A DNA stretch of 64,000 nt, taken from NCBI GenBank assembly GCA_028718605.1, contig JAQULM010000002.1, forward strand, positions 1,776-65,775. Reading direction: 5' to 3'. Shown one piece after another: positions 1 through 9,215 of the stretch (position 1 is its first letter; every line of letters starts with the position of its first letter). The stretch is from Patescibacteria group bacterium (GTDB lineage: Bacteria; Patescibacteriota; Patescibacteriia; UBA10025; JAHIVO01). The position numbers were made by a program, and so were the translations under genes. The notes under the pieces were generated by a model. That model did not search any database, was not told where the DNA came from, and was given only the letters and a program-made list of their open reading frames with translations.

Positions 1-740
1 TCCCAGCGTTCGTCGTCAATGTCATATTCCCAGAGCTCATCCGTATTCCTGCCGCGCACAGTGTAGAGTTTTCCGGTTCCATTGGAAGCGATTGATGATC
101 CCAGGCCAAACGTGTCAGGCGCGTCGGTCGATTTGGACCACGCGTCCGATGCAATGTCATACTGGTACATGTGCTTAGTCGCTTGCTCCGTCTCGTTCTG
201 CTCGCCGCCGGAAATCGCGAAAATCGTATGAGTGTACGCATCATAGGCAATCGACCCGCCGTAATAAAACACGGTCGGCGCGCTCGCAAGCTGCTTCCAG
301 GTATTTGTTTCGGGATTGTAACGGAATAAGTACGGCCGGCGGTTGCCGACAATCTGGTAGATATACGTGCCGTCAGTCGTCAAATCGGCTCCGTATGACG
401 GCCCGTCGTACGTCCAGTAGTCATAGCCGGCTGTGTCGGTCTGGTATCCGATCGAGCTCGTGTCCCACGTACCGCCTCCGCGCTTAATCACGAGTTTATC
501 CGTATATGTCTTTGTATCAAGGGTGTTGGGGTAGTACTCTCCCGCTTCCCACTCAGCCTGCGTGTCGATGGTATATGATGCTGCGGCCGCAAGCGTTGCC
601 TGGTAATAAAAATAAAAAAGGCCGGCGGTCACCATGACGATGAGCCCGGCTAGAATGAGCGGGCGGTATGCACGCAGAAACTGGGTCAATGCATAGAGAA
701 AATTTAAAAACCGCTCACGGTATCCGAAACCGGTGAGCAT
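1..740 (-). CDS. Partial (3'-truncated by window edge) membrane-anchored protein with Kelch/beta-propeller-like repeats; ATG at 740, N-terminal TM helix (LILAGLIVMVTAGLFYFYY)
   Basis: Manual reverse-complement translation from 740 gives uninterrupted ORF MLTGFGYRERFLNFLYALTQFLRAYRPLILAGLIVMVTAGLFYFYYQATLAAAASYTIDTQAEWEAGEYY... running off position 1; repeated Y..GG..Y/W-spaced motifs; not in supplied ORF track because it leaves the window. Confidence 0.45.
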   Translation of the reverse strand, partial: MLTGFGYRERFLNFLYALTQFLRAYRPLILAGLIVMVTAGLFYFYYQATLAAAASYTIDTQAEWEAGEYYPNTLDTKTYTDKLVIKRGGGTWDTSSIGYQTDTAGYDYWTYDGPSYGADLTTDGTYIYQIVGNRRPYLFRYNPETNTWKQLASAPTVFYYGGSIAYDAYTHTIFAISGGEQNETEQATKHMYQYDIASDAWSKSTDAPDTFGLGSSIASNGTGKLYTVRGRNTDELWEYDIDDERW

Positions 741-1163
741 TCTTTTCCCTTTTGGCAAAGCACCATTCGGCCGTAATCCAAGAGCAGCACTGTACCTTCT
801 GGTACGAATTTGCATGTATGGCTGTGCCGCTATCCGGCGATTACGCCGTGAGCATGCCTTTTTGATAGTTTTTTTATTACTAACTCGCGCAGCCATTGAG
901 TACGACTACATCAATAATCTGTACTAAAAAATGAGGGGCATTGGTACCCGAAAAATGGAAAAAATTCTTTTGGATTACAATATTATTGTAACACACTTTT
1001 TGAAAAAAATCAATCAGAAGGTCCCCCAACAACCCGATAAAGAGCTACAGCGACATTATTCATGGCTACTTTAATAAACAGAGCCATTTTTAATCAAAAA
1101 ATATGCCGATATCCCAAATCTTTTCTTGGACAAATATCAGACAATGCCACATAATTACAATGT

Positions 1164-2144
1164 ATGAAAAAAAGTACTATCATCAGTGCGGCACTGTCAT
1201 GCGTGATCGGAGTGGTTATCGGATGGTTCGGCTATTCCGCTCTCAACAATGAGGGCGCGGCAAATTCTCGTGGACTCCCAGTACGACAGGGGGGATACGA
1301 GTTCATTAATCCGCTTCTTGAATGTGAAATCAATGCCGGACTTGAATCAATTGATTTGAAAAGCTTCAAGGGCACCATTGAACAAGAAGTGCATGCGCTT
1401 TTGTCGGATACAGCGATCAGCCATATATCGGTATATTACCGGGACTTGAATAATGGGCCGTGGTACGGCATTAATGAGAAAGAAAATTTCAAGCCTGCAA
1501 GTCTCCTGAAAGTGCCCGTCATGATCGCCTACTATAAAATGGCGGAAACCGATCCTGCAATTTTCGATACATCTCTGACGGTGAATCCAACGCAATCCAC
1601 TGGTTCGAATACCAGTGAAAATTTAACGGCTGGCGCAAACTACTCCGTACAACAGCTCATCGAGATAATGATTGTCAGGTCTGACAACTTGGCATTCGAA
1701 ATGCTCGCCGGCAACATCGGCGACGAACGGATTCAGCAAATCCATCGCGACCTCGGACTCACGACGATCAGCTCTGATACGCCGGAAGATTTTATCAGCG
1801 TCAAAGCCTACGCGTCGCTCTTTCGAATCCTCTACAATGCTTCCTACCTAAACAGGGATATGTCCGAGAAGGCACTTGAATTATTAAGCCGGTCAGATTT
1901 TAATTACGGCCTGGCCGCAGGAGTGCCTGGCTCAATCAAAATCGCAAACAAGTTTGGAGTGGTCGGCGCAGAAGGAGACGGCACAAAGCAGCTCCATGAT
2001 TGCGGCATCATCTACTATCCGAATCACCCATACTTGCTGTGCATCATGACGCGCGGCGGAGACATGAACAAGCTCACATCCGCGATAGGAACGATCTCAA
2101 GTACGATTTTCGGGGAAATCGAAAAAAAATACGGTACGCCCTAG
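1164..2144 (+). CDS. Class A beta-lactamase-like serine hydrolase (N-terminal TM anchor)
   Basis: SxxK (ASLLK) and SDN (MIVRSDNLAFEML) motifs, KFG in place of KTG; length 326 aa. Confidence 0.55.
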   Translation: MKKSTIISAALSCVIGVVIGWFGYSALNNEGAANSRGLPVRQGGYEFINPLLECEINAGLESIDLKSFKGTIEQEVHALLSDTAISHISVYYRDLNNGPWYGINEKENFKPASLLKVPVMIAYYKMAETDPAIFDTSLTVNPTQSTGSNTSENLTAGANYSVQQLIEIMIVRSDNLAFEMLAGNIGDERIQQIHRDLGLTTISSDTPEDFISVKAYASLFRILYNASYLNRDMSEKALELLSRSDFNYGLAAGVPGSIKIANKFGVVGAEGDGTKQLHDCGIIYYPNHPYLLCIMTRGGDMNKLTSAIGTISSTIFGEIEKKYGTP

Positions 2145-2278
2145 GAGCGCCTAATATATATCCCAGCATTAACGGCCGAGGCTAGTTTTTTGCATAAAAA
2201 GCAAGGCGGCCATCAATTGCCCGGCCCCCTTCTCCCCCCCCTCTTGCCCCTTTCACCCTTTTCGCTCCTTTCCACCTG

Positions 2279-2770
2279 TTACATCCGGTACATAACCCAG
2301 AGCGCGAGAAAGAAAAAAATCGCTGCATGCAATCCCGCAAACACATCATCAAGTATAACTCCCCACCGATTTGCCCATCGGTCCGCAATTTTTGCTACTC
2401 CGAATTTCAACGTGTCAAAAATGCGGAATAGCAGAAACCCGACGGCAACATTTAGAACGTTTTTTTCAAAATAAAACAAAGGCAGGAACGTAATCATCAT
2501 GCCCGCCCACTCGTCAATGACAATTTGCTTATTGTCGTGTTTGCGGCCGCCGTGTTGTGTAAAATAGGCGTCAGCGATTCCAGCGACTGATACGCCAACC
2601 GCAACGACACACGCGAGAATAGCACAATACCCCCACAACGGCAGTTCGAGGAACCCCCACGCGATCAGTGCCATGGCAAAGGCACCCCATGTCCCCGGCG
2701 CCCACGGGAGGTATCCGCTGCCCAATCCGGTTGCGATAAAAATTGCCGCTCGCTGTCGGTACGTCTTCAT
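2279..2770 (-). CDS. pgpA: Phosphatidylglycerophosphatase A
   Basis: LGSGYLPWAPGTWG... DEWAGMMITF... FRIFDTLKF match PgpA family signature; start taken at internal MKTYRQR (2770) because upstream GNAT gene ends at 2772. Confidence 0.75.
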   Translation of the reverse strand: MKTYRQRAAIFIATGLGSGYLPWAPGTWGAFAMALIAWGFLELPLWGYCAILACVVAVGVSVAGIADAYFTQHGGRKHDNKQIVIDEWAGMMITFLPLFYFEKNVLNVAVGFLLFRIFDTLKFGVAKIADRWANRWGVILDDVFAGLHAAIFFFLALWVMYRM

Positions 2771-2771
2771 C

Positions 2772-3248
2772 CTAGGAAGGCATAAAAAGTGAAAAGAGGA
2801 GCTCGTCCTTGCCGTTGTGGTAATGGTCACGCAGAACGGCTTCCTGCTGCATCCCTTTATTCAGAAAAAATTCTTTTATATGCGCGCAATCGGCATGGAT
2901 CATGGAAAATATTTTCCGCAAGCGGTACCCGCGTTCTTTGTAAAAGTAATCAGCTTCCGCAACCATCACATCAAACAGCATTTCCTTCACGTATTGGGGG
3001 TCCATAACGGAACGCGCGATAGCGAGGCGTGTCAGCTCTGCCACACCGTGCTTCAAGAGCCCCTGCGGACGCCACCCAATGATCCCGACAATAGTGCCGT
3101 CGTCTTCCGCGATTCTGAAATGCTGATATGAACATTCGGACTGGAAGCGGGCGTGCGCTTCTTCCAATGTATTGAACGAGTATTTCTCCGCCATGAGTCT
3201 TGAAACCGCCCCGCTGTCGTCGAGCGTGGCTCTCCGTACCTGTACCAT
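2772..3248 (-). CDS. GNAT family N-acetyltransferase
   Basis: 158 aa, acetyl-CoA binding-like region (GVAELTRLAIARS), size and fold typical of GNAT. Confidence 0.5.
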   Translation of the reverse strand: MVQVRRATLDDSGAVSRLMAEKYSFNTLEEAHARFQSECSYQHFRIAEDDGTIVGIIGWRPQGLLKHGVAELTRLAIARSVMDPQYVKEMLFDVMVAEADYFYKERGYRLRKIFSMIHADCAHIKEFFLNKGMQQEAVLRDHYHNGKDELLFSLFMPS

Positions 3249-3260
3249 GTATTTTTAAAA

Positions 3261-4010
3261 TTATTGGTTAATGTTCTCCGCGGCTGTTGTTCCGAGTTTG
3301 CCGTCAATCACTGCCTTGAACTCATCGAGTGATTGGGCGCCGATGACTTTTTCGCCGTTGATGTCAAACGTAGGGGTTGAACTGATATCTTGATCGCGGG
3401 CAACATCCGTATCACGGTCAACCTCGTCCGCCATACTGCCCGAATCCAGACACTGCGCGAACGAATCGCGATTCATCCCAACTTGTTCCGCAAACGCCTT
3501 CAGCCGATCGAGCGCATCGTCTGCGTCGGCCCACTCCGACTGCTTTGAAAACGCAAGCTTCTGGAACTCCCAGAATTTTCCCTGGTCGAAAGCACATTCC
3601 CCTGCTTCATGTGACTTCTCCGACCAGCGGTGCCCTAAATTGAATCCATTGAATACTATCGTAACGTCATTGGGATACGCGGCTGCGATTTCTTCCACGG
3701 TGGGTGCCGCTGCTGCGCACGCAGGGCATGTCAGGTCAGAATATTCCGTAATAACTACTGATGCGTTCTGCGGGCCAAGCGCAGGATTCGCCCGGTTCGA
3801 ATTGGTGTTTGAGGAACTCGAGCGAGAGCCTATGAATGACACATACCAAACAATGCCGACGATAACAGCCGCCCCTCCCCAGACAAATATGCGCACGAAG
3901 ATGCTCTTCCTCTGCGCATGTTCACGCTCGCGGACTTTCTCTTGCTTCCTGAGTTCACGGCGCTGTCGCTTTGTTAATGGCTGAACTTCCTGTTGGTTTT
4001 CGTGTGACAT
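3261..4010 (-). CDS. DsbA-like thiol:disulfide oxidoreductase, membrane anchored
   Basis: N-terminal TM helix, CPAC active-site motif (DLTCPACAAAAP), thioredoxin-fold length. Confidence 0.6.
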   Translation of the reverse strand: MSHENQQEVQPLTKRQRRELRKQEKVREREHAQRKSIFVRIFVWGGAAVIVGIVWYVSFIGSRSSSSNTNSNRANPALGPQNASVVITEYSDLTCPACAAAAPTVEEIAAAYPNDVTIVFNGFNLGHRWSEKSHEAGECAFDQGKFWEFQKLAFSKQSEWADADDALDRLKAFAEQVGMNRDSFAQCLDSGSMADEVDRDTDVARDQDISSTPTFDINGEKVIGAQSLDEFKAVIDGKLGTTAAENINQ

Positions 4011-4083
4011 ATGATGAGGGGTAAAAAATAGAACGATAGTGAATTACACTACTGCCCGCATTGAAGAATCAATACCCTGCCAA

Positions 4084-4476
4084 TTATCGTCCCTGTTCTG
4101 CCGTAACGTTCGCGCGTACCCGATCCCGCCCTTTCTTATACGCAAACATGATCCCGCACGCGAGCAGGTAGGTAATGGCGAGCGGAAGCACAAGCTCAAA
4201 CAGGACTCCGATCGCTTTCTGGCCGATAGTGACATCAGACCATTGCAACGTTGTGCTGCCGAGCGGCGCCGTTCTCCCGCTCATCGCAATAATGCCGATC
4301 AGCATGATCAAGTAAGGCAGCGGCTGTACAATCAGGTTAAAATCACCTGCCGTACCGCTCGCCGTCCGTGAGACGACATACTCGACCGCAAAGAAAAACG
4401 GAAACAGAAAGGTTAGCAGGAGCTTCGCAATTGTTGGCTTGAAAAAATCTTTCATACTAACAGTAGTATAGCACAT
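4084..4476 (-). CDS. Hypothetical small membrane protein
   Basis: 130 aa ORF with 3-4 hydrophobic helices; no recognisable motif. Confidence 0.3.
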   Translation of the reverse strand: MCYTTVSMKDFFKPTIAKLLLTFLFPFFFAVEYVVSRTASGTAGDFNLIVQPLPYLIMLIGIIAMSGRTAPLGSTTLQWSDVTIGQKAIGVLFELVLPLAITYLLACGIMFAYKKGRDRVRANVTAEQGR

Positions 4477-4494
4477 ATTGTGCCATCCCGCACA

Positions 4495-5601
4495 CTAGAG
4501 CGTATGGTTCCGAATCGCCCCCCTGATAGCTTCCATCAGCTGCATATAAAAATGGATATTATGGATTGTTGCCAGCTGCGCGGCGAGCGGATCAGCTGTT
4601 TGGAATAAATGCCGAACGTATGCCCGGCTATACGTGCGGCAAGTACTGCAATTGCATGTATCGCTAATCGGTTTTAAATCGGCGGAATACCGTGACTGCT
4701 GGATCCGCATCGTGGTATAAAACGTTCCGGAGAACCGATGGTGTTTCCACACATACAGGAGCCCATGCCGTGCATTTCTTGTGGGAAGGACGCAGTCAAA
4801 CATATCGATCCCCTGCCGCACAGCGTCAACAATCTGTCCCGGCACGCCGACGCCCATGAGATACCGAGGCGCTCGATCCGGCAGCAAGGATGCAGCACTA
4901 CGGATTATCGTGCGCATGGCGCTCATCGGTTCGCCGACGGCAAGGCCGCCGAGAGCGTATCCATCGAAACCCATCGGAACAATCTGCTGCGCGCTCATGC
5001 GGCGCAAATCAGGATAGGTAGCCCCCTGCACGATCCCGAAGAGCAGCCGCTTCCGCGGCGCATGGCGCCTAAACTCCCGCAATCCGCGCAGCGCCCATCG
5101 CGACGTTAGTTCGAGAGAAGCGAGCGCAGAACGGCGTGTTGTTGGGAACGGCAGGCATTCATCAAGACTCATCATGATGTCTGACCCGAGGGCACACTGG
5201 ATCGCGATCGCGCGCTCCGGTGTCAAGAGATACCGCGTACCATCCCGCTCGGATACAAACGCCGCGCCGCGTTCACTGATCGTACGATGCTTGGCAAGAG
5301 AAAAAACCTGGTATCCGCCCGAATCAGTCAGAATGGGGCCATGCCAGCCCATGAAACCATGAAGCCCTCGGAACCGGCGAATCACGGGGAGGCCCGGCCG
5401 CTGCCATAGATGGTAGGTATTAGCCAAAACGATCTCCGCACCCGCTGCACGCACGTTCTCGGCTGCAACCGCCTTTATGCTGCCACGTGTCGCGATCGGC
5501 ATAAAGCACGGCGTGCGTACGGCACCGTGTGCGGTATGGAGCATGCCAACCCGGGCATGCGAGAGTACGCTTTTTTTCACAATACGATAGTGCATAGACA
5601 A
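4495..5601 (-). CDS. tgt: Queuine tRNA-ribosyltransferase (tRNA-guanine transglycosylase)
   Basis: RTPCFMP, VLPTRNARHG, zinc motif CNCSTCRTYSRAYVRHL; N-terminus aligns with Tgt (GRARRG-like HARVGML). Confidence 0.9.
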   Translation of the reverse strand: MSMHYRIVKKSVLSHARVGMLHTAHGAVRTPCFMPIATRGSIKAVAAENVRAAGAEIVLANTYHLWQRPGLPVIRRFRGLHGFMGWHGPILTDSGGYQVFSLAKHRTISERGAAFVSERDGTRYLLTPERAIAIQCALGSDIMMSLDECLPFPTTRRSALASLELTSRWALRGLREFRRHAPRKRLLFGIVQGATYPDLRRMSAQQIVPMGFDGYALGGLAVGEPMSAMRTIIRSAASLLPDRAPRYLMGVGVPGQIVDAVRQGIDMFDCVLPTRNARHGLLYVWKHHRFSGTFYTTMRIQQSRYSADLKPISDTCNCSTCRTYSRAYVRHLFQTADPLAAQLATIHNIHFYMQLMEAIRGAIRNHTL

Positions 5602-5725
5602 AAAGTGTTTTTTTTCCTACAGTTATACTATGGACGACACAACGGTCAGTAAAACATTCTTGGGAACCATTATCGACAAGCGGGATGCGATCTTCACTTC
5701 GCTTGTGAAGCGTCTGCCTGCATCA

Positions 5726-6298
5726 ATGACTCCGAATGCGATAACGATCGCCCGCATATGCCTATTGATACCCATTTATATCGCCTACCGATACCATGCG
5801 TATACGGCTGTACTCGTGCTCTTCGCCATCTCTCTCGTTTCTGATGCCTTGGACGGGGCACAAGCTCGATTCCGGAACCAGGTAACGACGCTTGGCAAAC
5901 TGCTCGATCCTGCGGCAGATAAAATTATTTTCGTTGGGGTGCTGCTGATGGTCGCCCCCCATCGCTTGAGCACTGCTGCTATTATCACAATACTGTCACT
6001 CGAAATACTCCTCGTCCTGTTCGCAACCGTATTCGGCCCCCTTGCTGTGCATTTATTTAAAACGCCACGGAAGGTGGGCGCAAACATCGGAGGAAAAATT
6101 AAAATGAGCCTCGAAGGCGCGTCGGTCATCCTGCTCCTCTGCGGGCTTTCCAGTGAATGGGTTTGGATGATTGCAGAAGTAGTTATGTGGCTTGCAGCGG
6201 GGTTTGCGTTGTTCAGCATGTACCTCCACGTAACCACCAAAGAAACCAATAGAACGACAGCTGCGCCGCATAGCTCGGAGAATAACACAACCGCGTAG
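5726..6298 (+). CDS. CDP-alcohol phosphatidyltransferase (PgsA-like)
   Basis: Signature DALDGAQARFRNQVTTLGKLLDPAADK (D-G-x2-A-R...G-x3-D-x3-D); start set at MTPNAITIARI (5726) by alignment to PgsA N-termini; ORF track begins earlier at 5630. Confidence 0.7.
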   Translation: MTPNAITIARICLLIPIYIAYRYHAYTAVLVLFAISLVSDALDGAQARFRNQVTTLGKLLDPAADKIIFVGVLLMVAPHRLSTAAIITILSLEILLVLFATVFGPLAVHLFKTPRKVGANIGGKIKMSLEGASVILLLCGLSSEWVWMIAEVVMWLAAGFALFSMYLHVTTKETNRTTAAPHSSENNTTA

Positions 6299-6309
6299 CA
6301 TACCCCCTG

Positions 6310-8421
6310 CTAGTGAGCGTTGTTTACATTGCTCGCCGTGTTTGAATTCGCGGACCGGTTCGTATTGCTGTTTGTCGTTCCGCTCGCCTGCACGGTTCCT
6401 TTTCCGACAGCGACAGGATCATGGTCGCAGTTGGACGTCAATGATTCCACCGTATCGCTAACTGTCGTACCCGTAAACAAATCTAAGCCCTGCACCGTAC
6501 TTTTTTGGAGAAGAATTAATAAATCGCCAATATCGGCTGATGCCGGCTGAACAGACACTCCGAACCGCGCACTTAATTCCGGAATTGCCTGGCCAACCTG
6601 CGGCGGAACCTTATTAATCGACCACGTTATCCTGCGTGTCGCACGGTCAAAATATATACTTCCCGCCGACGCTTCACTGTCGTCAACCCATACCACGCTC
6701 TCCGGTAGCTGCGCCATAACGGTGACGTCCTGCACTTCATTTGAATTATTCTGGATATACCAATACAGCTGGTATGTTGTTGTTTTGCCGACGACAGGAG
6801 GCAGGGGGCCGCTTCCGACCGCGATATACTCATCGTTGTAGTACCGCGCCTCGCCGAATACATCAAGCTTGCTCGCTACCTTCGCGAGAATTTCATTACT
6901 CGCTACTTCCAGCACGCCACCTTCTAAATCCGTAACATCCTGCGACTTCGCAGAGGCTGCGGCTGATATTGTATAATTCTTCTCGTCGGATGATTGCGCG
7001 CGCACCGTATCTTTTACCTTCACGCTGAATTGGAGCGTCCCAGTGTCACCGGGGTTGATCTGGGCCAAATCGTCAATTTGTTGGGCGTCCCACGAGATCG
7101 TTGCATTGGCTACGGTGCCGTTGTTCGAATCAACAACCGTCACCCAATCAATGACTAAACTATCCAGCGTCACGGCGAGTGACATGTTCTTTATCGTCGA
7201 TTGGCTCTTGTTGTCGTAGGTTAGCTCATACTCGAGCGTTTCACCGAACGCAACGACGGTTTCGTTGCTGCTGCCACCGAGGGCTAAATTAAGGAGTAGC
7301 TGAGGATTGACGACGGTAATAATCGGCGCTTCTTCAGCTTGCACCTGGAAATCTCCGGCAGTATCAACATACCCGACTTGAATAGTAAGCTCGCGCATTG
7401 AGCCTTCGTCTGCCGTTAGGATTCCATTGAAAGACAGCGAATATTCCTCCCGCGCATCCATCGTACCCATCTGCCAAATCGTTTCGGTCGAAGACCGTGG
7501 CTGGGGATTATAATCTGTGGCGGCAAAACCTTCAGGCAGGACGAGCCGGAGCTGTACATTATCCATTGCCTGCGGAGCGCTGTTCGAAACACTGACTTCA
7601 TACGGCGCTTCCTGGCCGGATATGACCTTTACTGGCATTTGCATACCAATTATAAAAATTGAACTATCGATTAAAACCGAGTACTGTTTCTGCTGGCTGA
7701 ATTCTGAATTGAAATTCGCCGGCGTATAGGTAACAGAGACATCGAATAATGCTGATGTCCCGACAGCAGCGAGCACGGTGCCTGTCAGGTGGATAGTTTC
7801 TGATTGCCCACGGCGAATGCTTCCGATGTCCCATGAATTCTGTGCGACGTTCGTTGCTGCAGGATTCGCGCTCGTTAAAGAGAATCCTTGCGGGTACTGG
7901 AGTCTCAGGGCGACGTTCTCGAGGTCGACGGCTGCCTCGTTCCGGACTCGCACGGTCAGCGCCAATTCGCCTCCGGCAGCAACTGTCGGATTAGCGTCAA
8001 TTTCTATCAAGACATCCTCGCCGCGGAATGCCCGCTGGCGGCTCGAAAAATATTCGAACCCCGCGACGGTGACAGCCGCAATGCACAGAACGACGATAAC
8101 AATGAATGCGATAGTTTTTTTCTTCCGGTTCGGGTCTTTGCGATCAATGGTCGACATGTCGACTGGCGTATCGCCGCGTTTACCACCGCCTTTGCCGCGG
8201 TACAGTGCTGCGATATCTTTTGGCGACACTTGGGGGCTGGAAAACACAACATCACCATTCTCGCACTCATCCTCAGGTTCGACCGTAATATGCTGTGCCT
8301 CAGAAGCACGCTCGTCAGGCTTTTTTACCGCGGCATCATCGGTTGCCGGCACATCCGGATCGGTGTTTCCGCGCTGGCTACCGCGAGTACGCCGGCTGTT
8401 TTGTTTCGTTCGTGGGGGCAT
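6310..8421 (-). CDS. Large membrane-anchored extracellular protein (703 aa), repeated beta-rich domains
   Basis: Charged N-terminus, single TM (IAFIVIVVLCIAAVTVAGF), long repetitive extracellular part; no catalytic motif recognised. Confidence 0.4.
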   Translation of the reverse strand: MPPRTKQNSRRTRGSQRGNTDPDVPATDDAAVKKPDERASEAQHITVEPEDECENGDVVFSSPQVSPKDIAALYRGKGGGKRGDTPVDMSTIDRKDPNRKKKTIAFIVIVVLCIAAVTVAGFEYFSSRQRAFRGEDVLIEIDANPTVAAGGELALTVRVRNEAAVDLENVALRLQYPQGFSLTSANPAATNVAQNSWDIGSIRRGQSETIHLTGTVLAAVGTSALFDVSVTYTPANFNSEFSQQKQYSVLIDSSIFIIGMQMPVKVISGQEAPYEVSVSNSAPQAMDNVQLRLVLPEGFAATDYNPQPRSSTETIWQMGTMDAREEYSLSFNGILTADEGSMRELTIQVGYVDTAGDFQVQAEEAPIITVVNPQLLLNLALGGSSNETVVAFGETLEYELTYDNKSQSTIKNMSLAVTLDSLVIDWVTVVDSNNGTVANATISWDAQQIDDLAQINPGDTGTLQFSVKVKDTVRAQSSDEKNYTISAAASAKSQDVTDLEGGVLEVASNEILAKVASKLDVFGEARYYNDEYIAVGSGPLPPVVGKTTTYQLYWYIQNNSNEVQDVTVMAQLPESVVWVDDSEASAGSIYFDRATRRITWSINKVPPQVGQAIPELSARFGVSVQPASADIGDLLILLQKSTVQGLDLFTGTTVSDTVESLTSNCDHDPVAVGKGTVQASGTTNSNTNRSANSNTASNVNNAH

Positions 8422-8449
8422 ATGATATTGTGCGGTTATTATACCAAAA

Positions 8450-9202
8450 TTACCGTACCCGTAAAACGGAAAGGAGCTTACAGTCCCGCTCGAGGGTATA
8501 ATTGCAATACTCGCTCGTTACGACCGTGCATTCATTCCTTGTCGTGCTTGCGGCACGCACCTTGAGCAGGGCAGGAAGCGTGTGGCGGCAAACGAACCGT
8601 ATAAGCTTGATAGTGTTTGCGGACACCATGCGCCCGGTACCGCGTTCCGCGTGGCACTGCCCGCACACGAGCCCGCCGCGCTGGTAGCTGAAAAGAATGC
8701 GCCCTTCCTCCAATCCGCGCTTACATGCCGTACATGCATGCATATGGGGGCCATACCCGAGGTATGTAAGAAGCCGCCACACGCCATACCACGCGATAGC
8801 GTGCAAACGCCCAACCGACACTGCAGGAACGCTGAGCGCAGCAAAAACTTCCAGAACCAACTCATATACCCGCACATCGCGCTGGCGGTCCTTCGTCGCA
8901 TTGCAGACGATATCCGAAAACCGTCCCGCAAGGTACAGCGCGGGGAGTTTCCAGGAGGAAACGCGAAACTGCGCAACAACTTCAGCGGCGGTGATAATAT
9001 CGAATGTCCGCCCCCGCACGACAGTCAGGTCTGCAACCGTAAACGGCTGGAGATTGCCAGCGAGCTTGCTTAACACTTTCCGTGATCCCCGTGCAATCAT
9101 AGTCAACCGGCCGAATTCCTTTGTGAATACGGTAACGAGCCGATCAGCTTCCCGGTACGGCTGGTGCTTCAAGAGTATCCCCTGGGTACTGTAGCTACCC
9201 AT
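8450..9202 (-). CDS. recO: DNA repair protein RecO
   Basis: N-terminal OB-fold region (QGILLKHQPYREADRLVTVFTKEFGRLTMIARGSRK) and C-terminal zinc finger CTAC...CGQC; ATG at 9202 preferred over TTG at 9235. Confidence 0.75.
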   Translation of the reverse strand: MGSYSTQGILLKHQPYREADRLVTVFTKEFGRLTMIARGSRKVLSKLAGNLQPFTVADLTVVRGRTFDIITAAEVVAQFRVSSWKLPALYLAGRFSDIVCNATKDRQRDVRVYELVLEVFAALSVPAVSVGRLHAIAWYGVWRLLTYLGYGPHMHACTACKRGLEEGRILFSYQRGGLVCGQCHAERGTGRMVSANTIKLIRFVCRHTLPALLKVRAASTTRNECTVVTSEYCNYTLERDCKLLSVLRVR

Positions 9203-9215
9203 ATGGATTTTGTCA

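Noticed and set aside
2146-2278. Intrinsic terminator between convergent beta-lactamase-like gene and pgpA
   Set aside because: Poly-C/CT-rich tract (cccccttctccccccctcttgcccctttcaccc) and only imperfect inverted repeats; no clean stem plus U-tract
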